DNA of 62,859 nt, the filler included, from Dicyema japonicum (lineage: Eukaryota; Animalia; Dicyemida): NCBI GenBank assembly GCA_011109175.1. It is 6 parts of 6 records of this genome, joined end to end, with 100 filler letters (N's around TTAATTAATTAA, not from the genome) between each part and the next. Parts side by side here need not be neighbours in the genome. Positions count along the whole stretch, not along the records: positions 20,590 to 41,238 come from RDEW01000113.1; positions 41,339 to 55,180 come from RDEW01000104.1; 4 more parts are not named here. One strand, 5' to 3'. Position numbers and translations under genes: made by a program. Positions within the stretch are counted from its first letter, which is position 1. The number at the start of each line of letters is the position of its first letter. The notes below the pieces were generated by a model. It was not told the origin of the DNA. It saw nothing but the letters and a program-made list of their open reading frames with translations, and made no database searches. Below are positions 37,000 to 48,865 of the stretch, piece by piece.

Positions 37000-37345
37000 A
37001 TTTAAACGCATAAATAATTATTAATAAATTTACACAGCCATCCATCCAAAGTGGTCCCCGTGGTTTTTAATGTAGCTAGGCGTCTGAATTTCTTTAGGAA
37101 GCGAAGCGATTTTCCACTTATTCTTCTAGTTGTTTTGACCACAATGGGATATAACGCGAATCGGTCGCGCAACGCTTTTTTTTTCTTCTTTTTTTCCCTC
37201 ATCGTTTTTTCCGCGGCATGGAGTGTGTCTACCGAGCTCCCGACGAAGTTGGATAGACAAAGTGGGTCGACACAAATTGCATCTCAGACCAAGGGTTTCC
37301 CTTCTTCGAATGGGAAAATTTTGATCCTGTCAAGACGTTTTCGTC
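37000..37345 (-). mobile_element. CRE-clade retrotransposon, 3' fragment
   Basis: IFPFEEGKPLV*DAICVD..HAAEK..LRDRFALYPIVVKT matches LFPWDAGKYLAWDATCVD..SAAEK..FEPVAVET. Confidence 0.7.
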
Positions 37346-37448
37346 GGGATATTTCGCAGTATTAATTATTTGCTAAATTATATTAATATTTTTTAACAAA
37401 ATTTAAATTTAGCGAATTATTTAATTAACAATGAAAAGTTAATAATTA

Positions 37449-37745
37449 TTAATCAACAACCTCCTCGCCTGCCTGTTCGCCAGCCGCTTCAGACAGGTTC
37501 GATTCTGGTTGCTGAAACAACTCCGAGAGCGCCTTGTCTAATTGAACCCTCTGCCCATATGGAATTTCCGGGATCTGCTTCCTATACTCTAGGGTCAGGC
37601 TCTCTAGGGTCCGCTTTAATACAGTAGACTGTAGATAGGCCTGGAGCTTCCTATCTACCCCCAACTGCTTCAGATAACCCTTGTGGTACTCTTTGCAACG
37701 AAGCATCTGCCCCATCTCGTTTGCAAGCAAGTCATACTTCCTTAG
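37449..37745 (-). mobile_element. R4-like REL retrotransposon, 3' fragment
   Basis: KYDLLANEMG..YHKGYLKQLGVDRKLQAYLQSTVLKRTLES is nearly identical to 11265..11912, with an internal deletion. Confidence 0.85.
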
Positions 37746-38284
37746 CGAATTATAAAATTAATATTAAAAATTGGAAAAACGTGTATAAAAATTATTTCAG
37801 CGTTATTGTCAGATCTATCATCTCGACTCTTTTTAGATTGTAAAATTATTCTTGTGACTAAATTATATGATTTCTAATAAGTTGGGCAATTTTCGCCATA
37901 AAATGCCATTTTCTAGGGAACGGTCATTTTTTATTACTGAGTTAAATCATATAAAAAAATATTAGAAATGTTTTATTTATAGATGCCAATTGTGATTTTA
38001 AATGTCATAATTCATTTTAGTTTCCATAAATGTCATTTTTACTTTTAAATTAATTGTTTAATAAAAAAGTAAAATATTAAACACGTGTAAGATTACAATT
38101 CCTTGCTATTCCACGTTGGAAATCACCACAATTTACATTAAAAAATATAAGAATTTTGTGTTATTTCGATCAGGTTAACAATTGTTTAGCTTATTCGTTA
38201 AAACTATATTTTTGAAATTTTATTATGTAATTGGGCTCTACATTTTTTTAGTCTTATTCTTTTTAATTATCGGAAGCACATAAA

Positions 38285-38574
38285 AGCAAGGTGGCATAGT
38301 GGTTAGATGTCGGGCTAAAGTGACTTAGGTTACGGGTTCGATTCTCGCTGCTGTTCATCTGGTGGAAGGTTCCACGCATCTACGATGCCAAAAGGGTTTA
38401 ACGAGTGACGACGTCATCAGTGGATACTCACTGCGGAACTGGATTGTCTAGAAAGGACCCACCACACACAAGAAAAAAATGAAGATAATTCCTTGGTTCT
38501 ACGATTAGCTAAAATAAACTATTCTTTACTTAAATAAAGTGTGTCCTGCCTATGCGGAGCTATAAATATTATGG
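38285..38574 (+). mobile_element. SINE family A copy, tail missing
   Basis: A box TGGCATAGTGG and B box GGTTCGATTCTC. The body matches 25070-25406. Confidence 0.9.
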
Positions 38575-38840
38575 ATAATATAAACTTTGACAAATGCCAA
38601 AAAGAAAACAGTTATCAAAAAAGCATATATTGGAAAAAAACTACTGCCACTAAAAACACGTGATGAACCTTAAAATAAGTCATTAATAATTTGAAGCACT
38701 TATTTCTAATTAATAAACCTTTACCCGAAAATAAAATTAATCCTAATTTTATTATAACATCAATTTTAAGTGTCTTTATTTGAATTATCTGCACAGTAAT
38801 TTTGAAAAAATTTGATTAGCAAATATGCGCTTTACCACTA

Positions 38841-39070
38841 CAGTCCGACCCCGTTTCGAGGCACACCCCGACGGTGGGGCACCCCGCATTTTTCATTTGG
38901 AGTCTATTTTCCAGCATTAATTTCCAAATTTGGAAATTTTCTTGAGCCCCAAACCGGGGCACAAAGTATTTGAAATATTCCAGAAACTCAGAGAACATAA
39001 TTTTCCAATTTCAGGGCCGATCATTAAAAAAATAGGCTTTATTGTTGCATCACAAATTGGATTACAGTAC
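38841..39070 (+). mobile_element. pogo/Tigger-type remnant (CENP-B-like HTH)
   Basis: TA-CAGT start, and FEIFQKLREHNFPISGPIIKKIG matching the WF..R...PISGPII..KA motif. Confidence 0.55.
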
Positions 39071-39302
39071 TTCTATGCAATTATAAGGACAGTACTCTTA
39101 TGTTGCAATTATCATTAAGATCATCTGGAATCAAACAACCATATCTATAGTGAGATTTTGCAGATTTTATGTTAGTTAACTCCATAAAACTGTAATATTC
39201 TTCATGCTATAAGTGTTTTATGTTAATTACAGTACTTCTATGTTGCAATTATACATTAAGATCAGTTTACCAAATGAATCTTTTTTATCAAATATTGTTA
39301 AA

Positions 39303-39624
39303 TATAGTTGTCATGACCGGTCTCCATTATTGCCTGTAGGTTTTGAGCACGAATAGGAGTTAGCTCTCATGATCGCGAGTCCAATCTTCTGGAAAAGCCA
39401 ATGCGTCATTTTGGTTCACCCTTTTGTTAACCAATTGGTTATTAGTAGTAAGGTTCATGAAATGTCAATTACTTTTCAAAATGGATATAAGTCCTTGTAT
39501 TGTTATCGTGGGCATGGACGAAGTGATGATCTTTAGATGTTTATACCAAAGAATGTGTCTTATACGTCTAGGATTCTAGTTTAAATTTTTTCGAGTTAAA
39601 AATACAAGAATCTTCTGCGATAAT
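39303..39624 (-). repeat. Repeat family C, copy without the SINE
   Basis: Inverted match to 25019-25069 plus 25414-25680, with a single attctag at 39573-39579. Confidence 0.85.
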
Positions 39625-41238
39625 CGGATCTTCTTCCGGTCGTTAAATAAATAAAATAAATCCCACTTTTTACTGTTAAGTGTCATGTCCAATACCATGT
39701 CAAGGTCCTCCTCGTCTCTGAGACGTCTCTCGGTTTCTTTAAAGTCTTCACCCAGGACGACCAGTAGGGTTACTTTGGTCGACCATGAAAAGGCGGAGGG
39801 TTCAAAACCAAGTAGTCCTCCATTTCTATGTTTAGGTCTTTAAGTCCAAACAAAATATATGTCCAAACAGCCTTAATTTCGCTTCAGGATCTTGTAGGAT
39901 TTCACTGTGCTCCTCAAGCTCTTATAAAGATTGTTGAACGGCAATTTAGAGTGCTTCCAAGAGGAAAAAATATGTTGAAGCAGATCTACGTTATAAGAAC
40001 TCACCCTTTTAATTCTTTCCTATTGCAGGCCAAGTAACTACATTGTATAGGTGTACGGGTTTCATTAGAAAGATTTGACAAATAGATCATCATTTGTAAA
40101 AGAATTGTGGTTTGTAAAATTCGAAAGAACATTTAAAAATGTTCTTCGCCTGATCTCGTGACCACAGCCGATTTCTTCCTCCATAAAACATATATATATA
40201 AGTAAATAAATGTCTTCTTATTACTTGATGTTCAAAAAATAAAGGGCGAAAGAAATATGCCGAACTTTCCAAACTAAAAATATCGTCCAATTCAACGCTA
40301 AGTCCCTTGTATACCCAAATTATTGTATTAACGATCAGTTATGGTTGTGCCGCTTGTGGAACAAACCAAGTAAGATTAAAAGTTGAGAGAAGTAGTTGTA
40401 CCAGGATGTCAAGACCATATTTTAACTCACATGAGTTATTCAAAAATTGCATTAAATATAATTTAATAAAAGTTCGATAAATAATAAAGTAGTGAGTGAT
40501 AATTAATTTTAGTTATATTTTTTTAGTTTAAATTGCAATTTTTTGCGAAAGCTCATCCTCAGTTGCAAGAGTGAAAATTCTTTAAAAAAAGCTAAAAACT
40601 TTAAACCTGAAACATTTAAAGTAAAAAATTAATATTTAATTTCGTATTAAAATTAATAAAAAAAATATTTAAAATCTGTTTGCAACACGATTTTAAAGCA
40701 TTCGGAGTATATGTCACATTTTCTATCACAAAAGAATTCGTCTTCTGACGCAACATACGAATTGTTAACATATTTAACATCAATAGAGAGTTTCTGAATA
40801 TTCCGTGAATCGGTCATAACCGGTCTCCTAGTATAGTCAATATCCATCGATCAAGTGGTCCACTATATTTCAATTCATATGCCGCTTCTGAGCTCATTCG
40901 ACACTAATATGGTCATCAACTTCTACTTCAAATACTTAAAAGACTCAGTCATCAAGGGTCATGTTGCACCTAGAACAGATCAAGCAATAAACAAATAATC
41001 AATCAGATTATGATGATTGAAAGCTTCAAAGGAGAATGGAAAGTTATATGAGGCCAAAAATGGTTAATAGACAAAGAAAATATACCAAATGTAATACCCA
41101 CTGTAAATTTTGTTGAATAAAATAATAAAAATGAGATGAAAGAAGTTATTTTTCATCAAAAGAAGGCGTTATGTGCTTCAAGAGTTTTAAACAATTCCAT
41201 GATGAGTCGGGACTAGTCGACCATTCTCCTCAAACTAT

Positions 41239-41338
41239 NNNNNNNNNNNNNNNNNNNNNNNNNNNNNNNNNNNNNNNNNNNNTTAATTAATTAANNNNNN
41301 NNNNNNNNNNNNNNNNNNNNNNNNNNNNNNNNNNNNNN
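41239..41338. other. Artificial contig-join linker
   Basis: 44 N + TTAATTAATTAA + 44 N. Confidence 0.97.
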
Positions 41339-41470
41339 AACATTGATTTATATAATTATATCGGATTTATGCTGTTCTCTCAATATACAACAGTTAATCC
41401 CCCGAATTAGTATAAAATACAGAAAATCCATAATTTCGCTGCTATTTTCAATTTAGGCTGTTTTGAGAAA

Positions 41471-41944
41471 ATGGAAAACAATGAGAAGGAAAAGCACAGT
41501 TTATTGAAACAGAGCTTCCATAAAAAGATTGGATCTAAGAATTTCGCCGAATCTCAATTACTAGGAAAACAGCTTCAAAAAATAGAAAAAGACAGGAATA
41601 GTTTTTTGCTACGACATTGCAGAAGGGTCAATAACATCAAAACGAGTCTGGATGAACTACCAAAGTTGAATGAAAATCGTCGTAGCTTGATTTTCACGAA
41701 CTCTAATATTTCCAACGATGATCGAATCTCGGAAAATTCTCGGAATATTTTTGAGTCAAAAAAGCACTTCTTTTTCGGGCATTCCAAGAATGAAACTCAA
41801 AATTCGTCAAAAACCAGATTTTCTCACTCACATTCAAGGGACTCGGTTCCCTATGCTTCCAGAGAGCGAAAACCGTCATTTATGGTCTTGCAGGCGAGGA
41901 AATTTATAAACGATGGAAAATTTAATTTAAACAGGACAATGTGA
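41471..41944 (+). CDS. Hypothetical protein, 157 aa, intronless
   Basis: ATG-started ORF that is long for this AT content, with a coiled-coil-like N-terminal half and a basic/Ser-rich C-terminal half. No transposon motif and no family recognised. Confidence 0.5.
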   Translation: MENNEKEKHSLLKQSFHKKIGSKNFAESQLLGKQLQKIEKDRNSFLLRHCRRVNNIKTSLDELPKLNENRRSLIFTNSNISNDDRISENSRNIFESKKHFFFGHSKNETQNSSKTRFSHSHSRDSVPYASRERKPSFMVLQARKFINDGKFNLNRTM

Positions 41945-42633
41945 TTGTTAACAGCTTAATAAATCATAAAATATTTATTTGAAAGGTGCTACTATGAATA
42001 TTTAGCTAAAAGGTCAAAAGCTTAGAGATGACGTGCTCTGTTATGGTCAAGTATACTTAATCTCTTCAAGGTGGAATGGATTCTTGTCCCCAAATCTTAA
42101 TGAAATCAAGAGACCACGCATGTGTGAAGTTATCAAAATAGGAAAGCATCAGCTCAACCATATCTGAGATTGAATCTGTTCTGGTGCAAATTGGAAGGGA
42201 CATGATAAGACCACTTCATGACAAATGGAAAATACCAAGGTAGTCCGTGTACAAATGCCATCAGTTCTGGACAACGATTTTAACCCTATTAACTTGAAAC
42301 GGCAGATGATCTTGATGTGCTAAGAAACGTACATACAACACGGAGAGTTGGTAGAGAATCACTCAGGACTCTTTATCAACGTTAATATGGTTTAGGAGAC
42401 AAGAGGTTAGGTAGATCCTGAAGTTAAAGACATTTAGTGTATTACTCCAAATCAGGACTCTTTATCCACCGTTAATATGGTTTAGGAGACAAGAGGTTAG
42501 GTAGATCCTGAAGTTAAAGACATTTAGTGTATTACTCCTATTTGCGTCAGACTAAGGTACTTGTCTTAAACTTGGTTAAGGGCAAGCAACGTCGAAATAA
42601 TAATTAAAATAGAAATTCAAATTGACAAAACAT

Positions 42634-45553
42634 CTACAAGCAGTTCAACAGTTTACGAGCGTGGGCACACAATTCCAAATTTTCCCGATCATTACCAATC
42701 TCAAAGACATATGACAACACAAAGACAAGCTCATCCCTTGTCATCTCACCCATTCCCTCAACAACAGCTAATGTATCCCTAACATCTAAGTAAGAAATCA
42801 ATCTTACCACTCGTCTCATCCACAGTCTGTCTGATCTGCTCACAACACACCTCCATACGCATCACAAACTCAACTTCGGGTTTCCAACCGACCTCAGGTA
42901 CTGGTTCCTTGACTTCCTCCTCGGATCTTGAAGGACTCGATGATGGGCTACGATAAGGCACAGAAATCCTAAAATTCCGGGGAAGAGGACCACTCCGTCT
43001 TTTAGCAAGCTTCATTTCACCGAGAACTCCCGCCATACTTTCATCAGCCTCGTCGACCATACTCTATAAGTCACCCCCAAGTTAAAACGCTCATAAGTTT
43101 GAAGGGATTACCGAAAGGATGAAGTCTTGGAGGTTCTGGATCAACCTTCCTAAGGGGCTGAGACTTAATAGATGTCTGGTAGTGGTGAAAGTTCCCCATT
43201 TGAGATATCGGCTTGCAATGCTTAGATTCTGAAAGTAACATAACTAAATACCTACATCACCCGTGGTTAATTTGCCAGAAAGAACGGCCATTACATTGGC
43301 GCGCATTTTCGGCAGTTCCTCACATAGTTTAGTGGGAGGAATTTGATAAAAATCTCTAAAAACTCATAAATCAATTCTGAAAGTAACATAACTAAATACC
43401 TACATCACCCGTGGTTAATTTGCCAGAAAGAACGGCCATTACATTGGCGCGCATTTTCGGCAGTTCCTCACATAGTTTAGTGGGAGGAATTTGATAAAAA
43501 TCTCTAAAAACTCATAAATCAAAATACAAATATTCGTGAGATGGTTCTACGTTACTGACTGTTAGCATTCTGGGTTGGATTGGTTCAGCATTTCTTCTAT
43601 TTTCAATAGCTGCAGCTGTTTCATCAAATTCAGCTTTGGCCTGTTCGTAAATATAAAAGCTACCATTAACCTAATTCTCCGTAGAGAATAGGCAAGAGAA
43701 GAGGAAATACAGTTTTCAATGCTTTCAGACAAAAAGTTAATTCCAAGTTTATCCAATACTCTTCGAAAGCACTATTAACAGATAATAAATTAAATTAAAA
43801 AAAATAATTTAAATTTAAAAATAAATAAAATTATAAAAAGTTTAATGCAAAATAAAGTAAAAATACAGGAATATAATAGCAAGGCAGTCTGTACAAATAG
43901 GAGAGCAAATCAGTGGTCCTCGTAATTCCACGACTATGATCAGATAAAAAATCATCTAAACTAACAAACCAAATAACCCAGAAAAGAGAATGACTCTGGA
44001 TAGTTGAAAGGTGCTATCACTAAAAAGACAACAGTCATAGCTGTATTCGTTCTCAAAAACCCAAAAGGCGGCAATTGTCGTCGATTCAGAGCACTCCCAG
44101 AAACTGAGACAGGCCAGCAACCGTCTGGCCTTGCATTTTGTAGCAGAAATCTTGTTAAAGGGGACGCCTCCAACTCATAACAATCCACAGGAATGCGGTC
44201 ATCCCATATTGGAAGAGCGGTCTGCTCAACTGAAAACTTTAAATTAGGAAAAGCGTTTCTTGGCGGCTAAAAACAATCATTTCAATGACAACCAAATTAA
44301 TCAAGCCTTTATCAAGCCAAAATGACTCAGGAATAGGCCAATTGCCTTCCACGAACTTATTATTGACTCTTGGAACAAACATAAAGTTTATAATAGAGTC
44401 ATATAGCTCGTTATGAGGGTCATTTCCATGTGTGATTGCCTGAAATTGCAGGTTGACGCCTCCAAAGTATCTCTGAGCAAGTAATTCGAGGCTTTGAATG
44501 AGACCCTTCTGCGAGAAGACAGTAAGAGCTTTCCCTGAGAGTGCTGAATTAAGTAAACCTCCAGTTGACTCACAAAGTTTGGCGGCATTTTCCGGTGGTT
44601 GTCCAAAGTGTTCTTTTGGCTCTTCTCTGAGCAAGTAATTCGAGGCTTTGAATGAGACCCTTCTGCGAGAAGACAGTAAGAGCTTTCCCTGAGAGTGCTG
44701 AATTAAGTAAACCTCCAGTTGACTCACAAAGTTTGGCGGCATTTTCCGGTGGTTGTCCAAAGTGTTCTTTTGGCTCTTCATAGGGAGGAATATTAACGAT
44801 AAAAGTAAAGATTTTTTGATCCCATCGGTAAGGCTCAATGGTAAGTTCTCTGCCCGGAATTTTATGGGAAGCCAAATTAATCTAATTTAATTATTTAAAC
44901 ATCGATTATTAATAAATTTAAATTTTTAAATAATTTTTATTATTTAGAAAAATACTTGTTTGTTATGTTGTGCAACATCAATGCCCGTCCAGTCAGTGAT
45001 GCAAATTATCACGGCGGGCTCTAAACTGAATGGAAATCGGCCCATTGCATAGTTATCAACTCCACTTTTAGCTCTGTTAACATTCAGTAGTTCTAGGGCA
45101 CGTCTGAGTGATTTGTCTAGGGTGCTAACCCCTGTGGTTTGCATATTCCGTAATTCCGTAATAAAAGAAGCGTAGTTTTCCTTCCAGGCAGACTAAACTG
45201 ATATTTGGGAAAACTTTTATGTTGTTTGGAGGATCATCAAAAGTCATGAGAATGTACCGGTCTCCTCTGCCATCTGGATTCTTTTGGCGGAATTTGTAAA
45301 ACATTTCCACTCCAATGCGAGCTACATCCAAATGGGAGATCCCAACTTTAGTTCGTATGCTCATTGAGGGTGTGTTGTCGATTAGAACAAAAGTCATGAG
45401 AATGTACCGGTCTCCTCTGCCATCTGGATTCTTTTGGCGGAATTTGTAAAACATTTCCACTCCAATGCGAGCTACATCCAAATGGGAGATCCCAACTTTA
45501 GTTCGTATGCTCATTGAGGGTGTGTTGTCGATTAGAAACAATATTATTGTCAT
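42634..45553 (-). CDS. INTS6: Integrator complex subunit 6 (VWA-domain INTS6/DDX26), 12 exons, about 695 aa after removing three apparent assembly duplications
   Basis: MTIILFLIDNTPSM, RGDRYILMTFDDPP, SAWKENYASF, GVDNYAMGRFPFSLEPAVIICITD, EPYRWDQKIF, NWPIPESFW, YELEASPLT, PFGFL, ISQMGNF, HPFGNPFKL and MVDEADE all match the INTS6 family. Introns: 45193-45214, 44882-44955, 44689-44712, 44267-44292, 43956-43977, 43771-43866, 43641-43663, 43504-43527, 43377-43399, 43064-43088, 42786-42807. One extra G is needed at the 43771 acceptor. Confidence 0.93.
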
Positions 45554-47072
45554 TTGAATAATTAAGTCCACGAGAATATAAGTTCGGGATATTTTAAATT
45601 TATTTATATAATTTTTGCGTCTAATATAATTAAAATAAATAATTTTTAATTTAAATTTGCAATAATGGCTTTTCTTATTATCAACCCCAGGCATACCATT
45701 GTAAGCCCAGAGCTCAAATTAATTAAACTAACTGATTTTTTTATATGACACGGTAACAACTATGCTACTTCCCTGAAAAGACAACGAAGCATTTTCTTGT
45801 CTGTTGAAGGTCTTCTTTCTATCTTAAGCTTCCATGTCTGGAAATCCTATAGGAAAATTCATTACTAAGTTGCTAGCTTTCTTCAAATCATTTCACGCTG
45901 GCCATTATAACCCATGTATTAAATTAAAAAAAATAATAATTAATATTACAGAATGGTAACTTATTTTTTATTAACAAAATAGTTAGAGTTCTTTTAATTG
46001 TATCGTCTTTTTTAAGTCAAATTTATTCAAACCCTCAGGTTTTTCGTAGTAAAAGTTTGGACTGTCTTAGTTTTCTTTTCTCAAATTCTTCCTTCTACCT
46101 ATCTCAGAAAAAACACCTTCCAATATCATGTACTCCNACAATATTATTGTCATTTGAATAATTAAGTCCACAAGAATTTCAGTTCGGGATATTTTAAATT
46201 TATTTATATAATTTTTACGTCTAATATAATTAAAATAAATAATTTTTAATTTAAATTTGCAATAATGGCTTTTCTTATTATTATCAATCCCAAACATACC
46301 ATTGTAAGCCCAACACAAACAGTCATAACTAACTAATCAAAGGAAGGAACCAAAGGGAGAACTTCTGCTTGTGCCGACCAAATCCATCTTCCAATACTTC
46401 ATTACAAACTTCCGGTTCCGAAGAGAGGTAGGGAAGTAGGTCCGCCCTTTTCCATTTTTGTCCCACGTCCTATCGTCGCGGACATCATTTCATTTTTTAG
46501 TGGAATGGTTTTCATAATGCAATCTTCATCAGAGGATTTGGTAAGAGAGATTAATAATAATGGCTTTTCTTAAATTAGAAAACTGTAGAACGGATAGCAA
46601 GTGCTTATGGCTATAATTATTCATGTGCTTGTGGGTAATGCTGGAGAGCTCAAATTAATTAAACTAACTGATTTTTTTCTATGACACAGAAACAACTATG
46701 CTACTTCCCTGAAAAGACAACGAAGCATTTACTTGTCTGTTGAAGGTCTTCTTTTTATCTTAAGCTTCCATGTCTGGAAATCCTATAGGAAAATCCATTA
46801 CTAAGTTGCTAGCTTTCTTCGAATTCATTTCACGCTGGCCATTATAACCCATGTATTAAATTAAAAAAATAATAATTAATATTACGGAATAATAACTTAT
46901 TTTTTATTAACAGAATATTTAGAGTTCTTCTAATTGTATCGTCTTTTTTAAGTCAAATTTATTCAAACCCTCAGGTTCTTCGTAGTAAAAGTTTGGACTG
47001 TCTTAGTTTTCTTTTCTCAAATTCTTCCTTCTACCTATCTCAGAAACAACACCTTCCAATATCATGTACTCC
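45538..47072. repeat. Two diverged versions of the INTS6 upstream region placed in tandem (probable haplotigs)
   Basis: 45538-45707 matches 46138-46312 and 45708-46135 matches 46644-47072. A single n marks the junction at about 46137. Confidence 0.75.
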
Positions 47073-47103
47073 GTTGATTATTTCAATATCAATATCAATT
47101 TTT

Positions 47104-47426
47104 AGGGGTAGCGCAGTGTGACAGTTACCGTCAAGAGGCCTGACGTTGTTAGTTCGAATCCCCATACTGCACATTTTGGTTGAAGGTTCCACGCATCAAT
47201 ATGCTTTGGCTTGACGAGTGACGCCGTCATCCATGAACTTCACTACGGTACCGGATCGTCTATAAAGGACATACACCCAGGAAAAGAAAAACAAAGAACT
47301 GAAGAACATTTGTTGATCCTCCCTCGATTAGCTATTATAACTGTTCTTTGCTTAAAATAAAGTTTGTGTTCTGCCTGAGGGGAGAGACAACTGATATTGC
47401 TCTTCGGAATATGCGAATATTATTAT
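47104..47426 (+). mobile_element. SINE family A2 (related body, different head and tail)
   Basis: A box TAGCGCAGTGT and B box AGTTCGAATCC. It shares gaaggttccacgcatc..ttgacgagtgacgccgtcatc..taactgttcttt..aaataaagt with family A. Confidence 0.8.
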
Positions 47427-48562
47427 ATCAGTTTTCATAGCCGTCTGGTGTGACCAACGAATATTTATGTTTACCCACATACTCTTGAGAATTTTCTTGA
47501 TCACAAGGCATCTACAAAATATTCTTACTAATTGACATTTTTAAAACAAGGGTTGGCATTAAATACGTGAGGATTACTTTTCATAACAACACGGAGAGGA
47601 GCCACTGGCATTCACGACGCCATAACTTTTAAGTGTAGCCAGCCGTCTCAAGCATTTGAGAAAAGATAAAGACTTTCTGCTTAGTCCCACAGTTTCTCGA
47701 CAATAATGTTCGATGAGCCATTAGTATTTCTTCCTTTTAGACTTCTCTTCCTTTTCGCTGCTGGTAACTCCCAATAGAGCTGATTGGAAAAAAATCCAAA
47801 ACCAGTTGCTTACTCATTTCGAACTATTATTTGCCTCCAAATTGTTAGGATTTATAAATCTTGGTGAACCTGGCATTGATAGCATTTTTTGAGATCAAAT
47901 TGAGGTTGTTTTTCAAAACCCAAAAATTTAACAGAATCTTCAATTTTTCGTATGTCTAATTTTACAAGCAGACCTTCTGCCAGCACAATTTAAATCCAAA
48001 ACAAGTGATCCACAAAACGACCTGTTAAGAAATTTATTATTTTCTTTGGAGATTGACTTAGTCGCTTTCGCAATCGGCATTCTGCTTAACGTTGATCTCT
48101 AGACCAGGAATATAAAAAATGCGGCCCTTTGCAAACAGGTGTGCAGTCTGCACAAATGCTTGTTATATGGTCGACGACAATGGATGCCTATTCTCTTGTC
48201 ATTAATATGACTCCACCTGAGAAAAGCAGTGGATTTCTGTAAATGGCGCCAAATTGATAGGCGCAGTGATAAGCGTTCTACGTTGTCATAAGACGTTCGT
48301 ACACTTAAACTTTATGCTCGCCCTTATATACGAACACTCCCAGAACAGCTATACAGTCCTACATGTACGAACTTCCACATTTTTATCAGAGCACTGGGCG
48401 CTCACGTAAATTACATGAATTGAAATTGTTTCCCGATAATCACAATTTTAACAAATTTTAAAACAATAATAAATAAAATATAATTAAAATATAAAAAATA
48501 AACAAAAAATAATAAATTGTATCTTGTGGAATTATGATATCCGCGTGGCGCCATGTGGTGCT

Positions 48563-48860
48563 GCGTGGTTAATTGGTTGAGGTTTTCTGCTTGCTTGTCT
48601 GTTCCTCCTCTCTCTTCCTATTAGAATGGCGTCATGTGATCCACCTGTCTAGGTGACGCCCAGTGCCAGGCCGGCACGAAAAAGGATCATTTGCTCTCCC
48701 CCACTCCACTGGAGGGGTTTCCACAACTGCATGTAGTGGACGTCTTACCTTTTATGCTGATTCCGGATGGACTGTTTCTGTAGAAGTGGAAACTGGATAC
48801 ACTTAATTAGTAGTTTACTTTAACTTCTTTCTCGGTGTATCCGGGGTTAATAAATAAATT
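48563..48860 (+). repeat. Repeat family B, full copy
   Basis: Matches 22768-23059 and has a (TAAA)n tail. Confidence 0.85.
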
Positions 48861-48865
48861 AAGAA

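Noticed and set aside
40090-40420. Possible Merlin/ISXO2 transposase remnant on the minus strand
   Set aside because: Only loose HPGTT and HL..Y...F.WRK-like pieces in different frames, too weak to call.
43226-44778. Tandem duplications of 148 bp (43226/43374) and 154 bp (44471/44625) inside INTS6
   Set aside because: Exact, about read length and frame-breaking in a conserved gene. Removing them gives a coherent model, so they are treated as assembly artefacts.
48740-48765. CCTTTTAT in family B as a U5 snRNA loop
   Set aside because: It does not match GCCUUUUAC, lacks the closing stem and has no Sm site.
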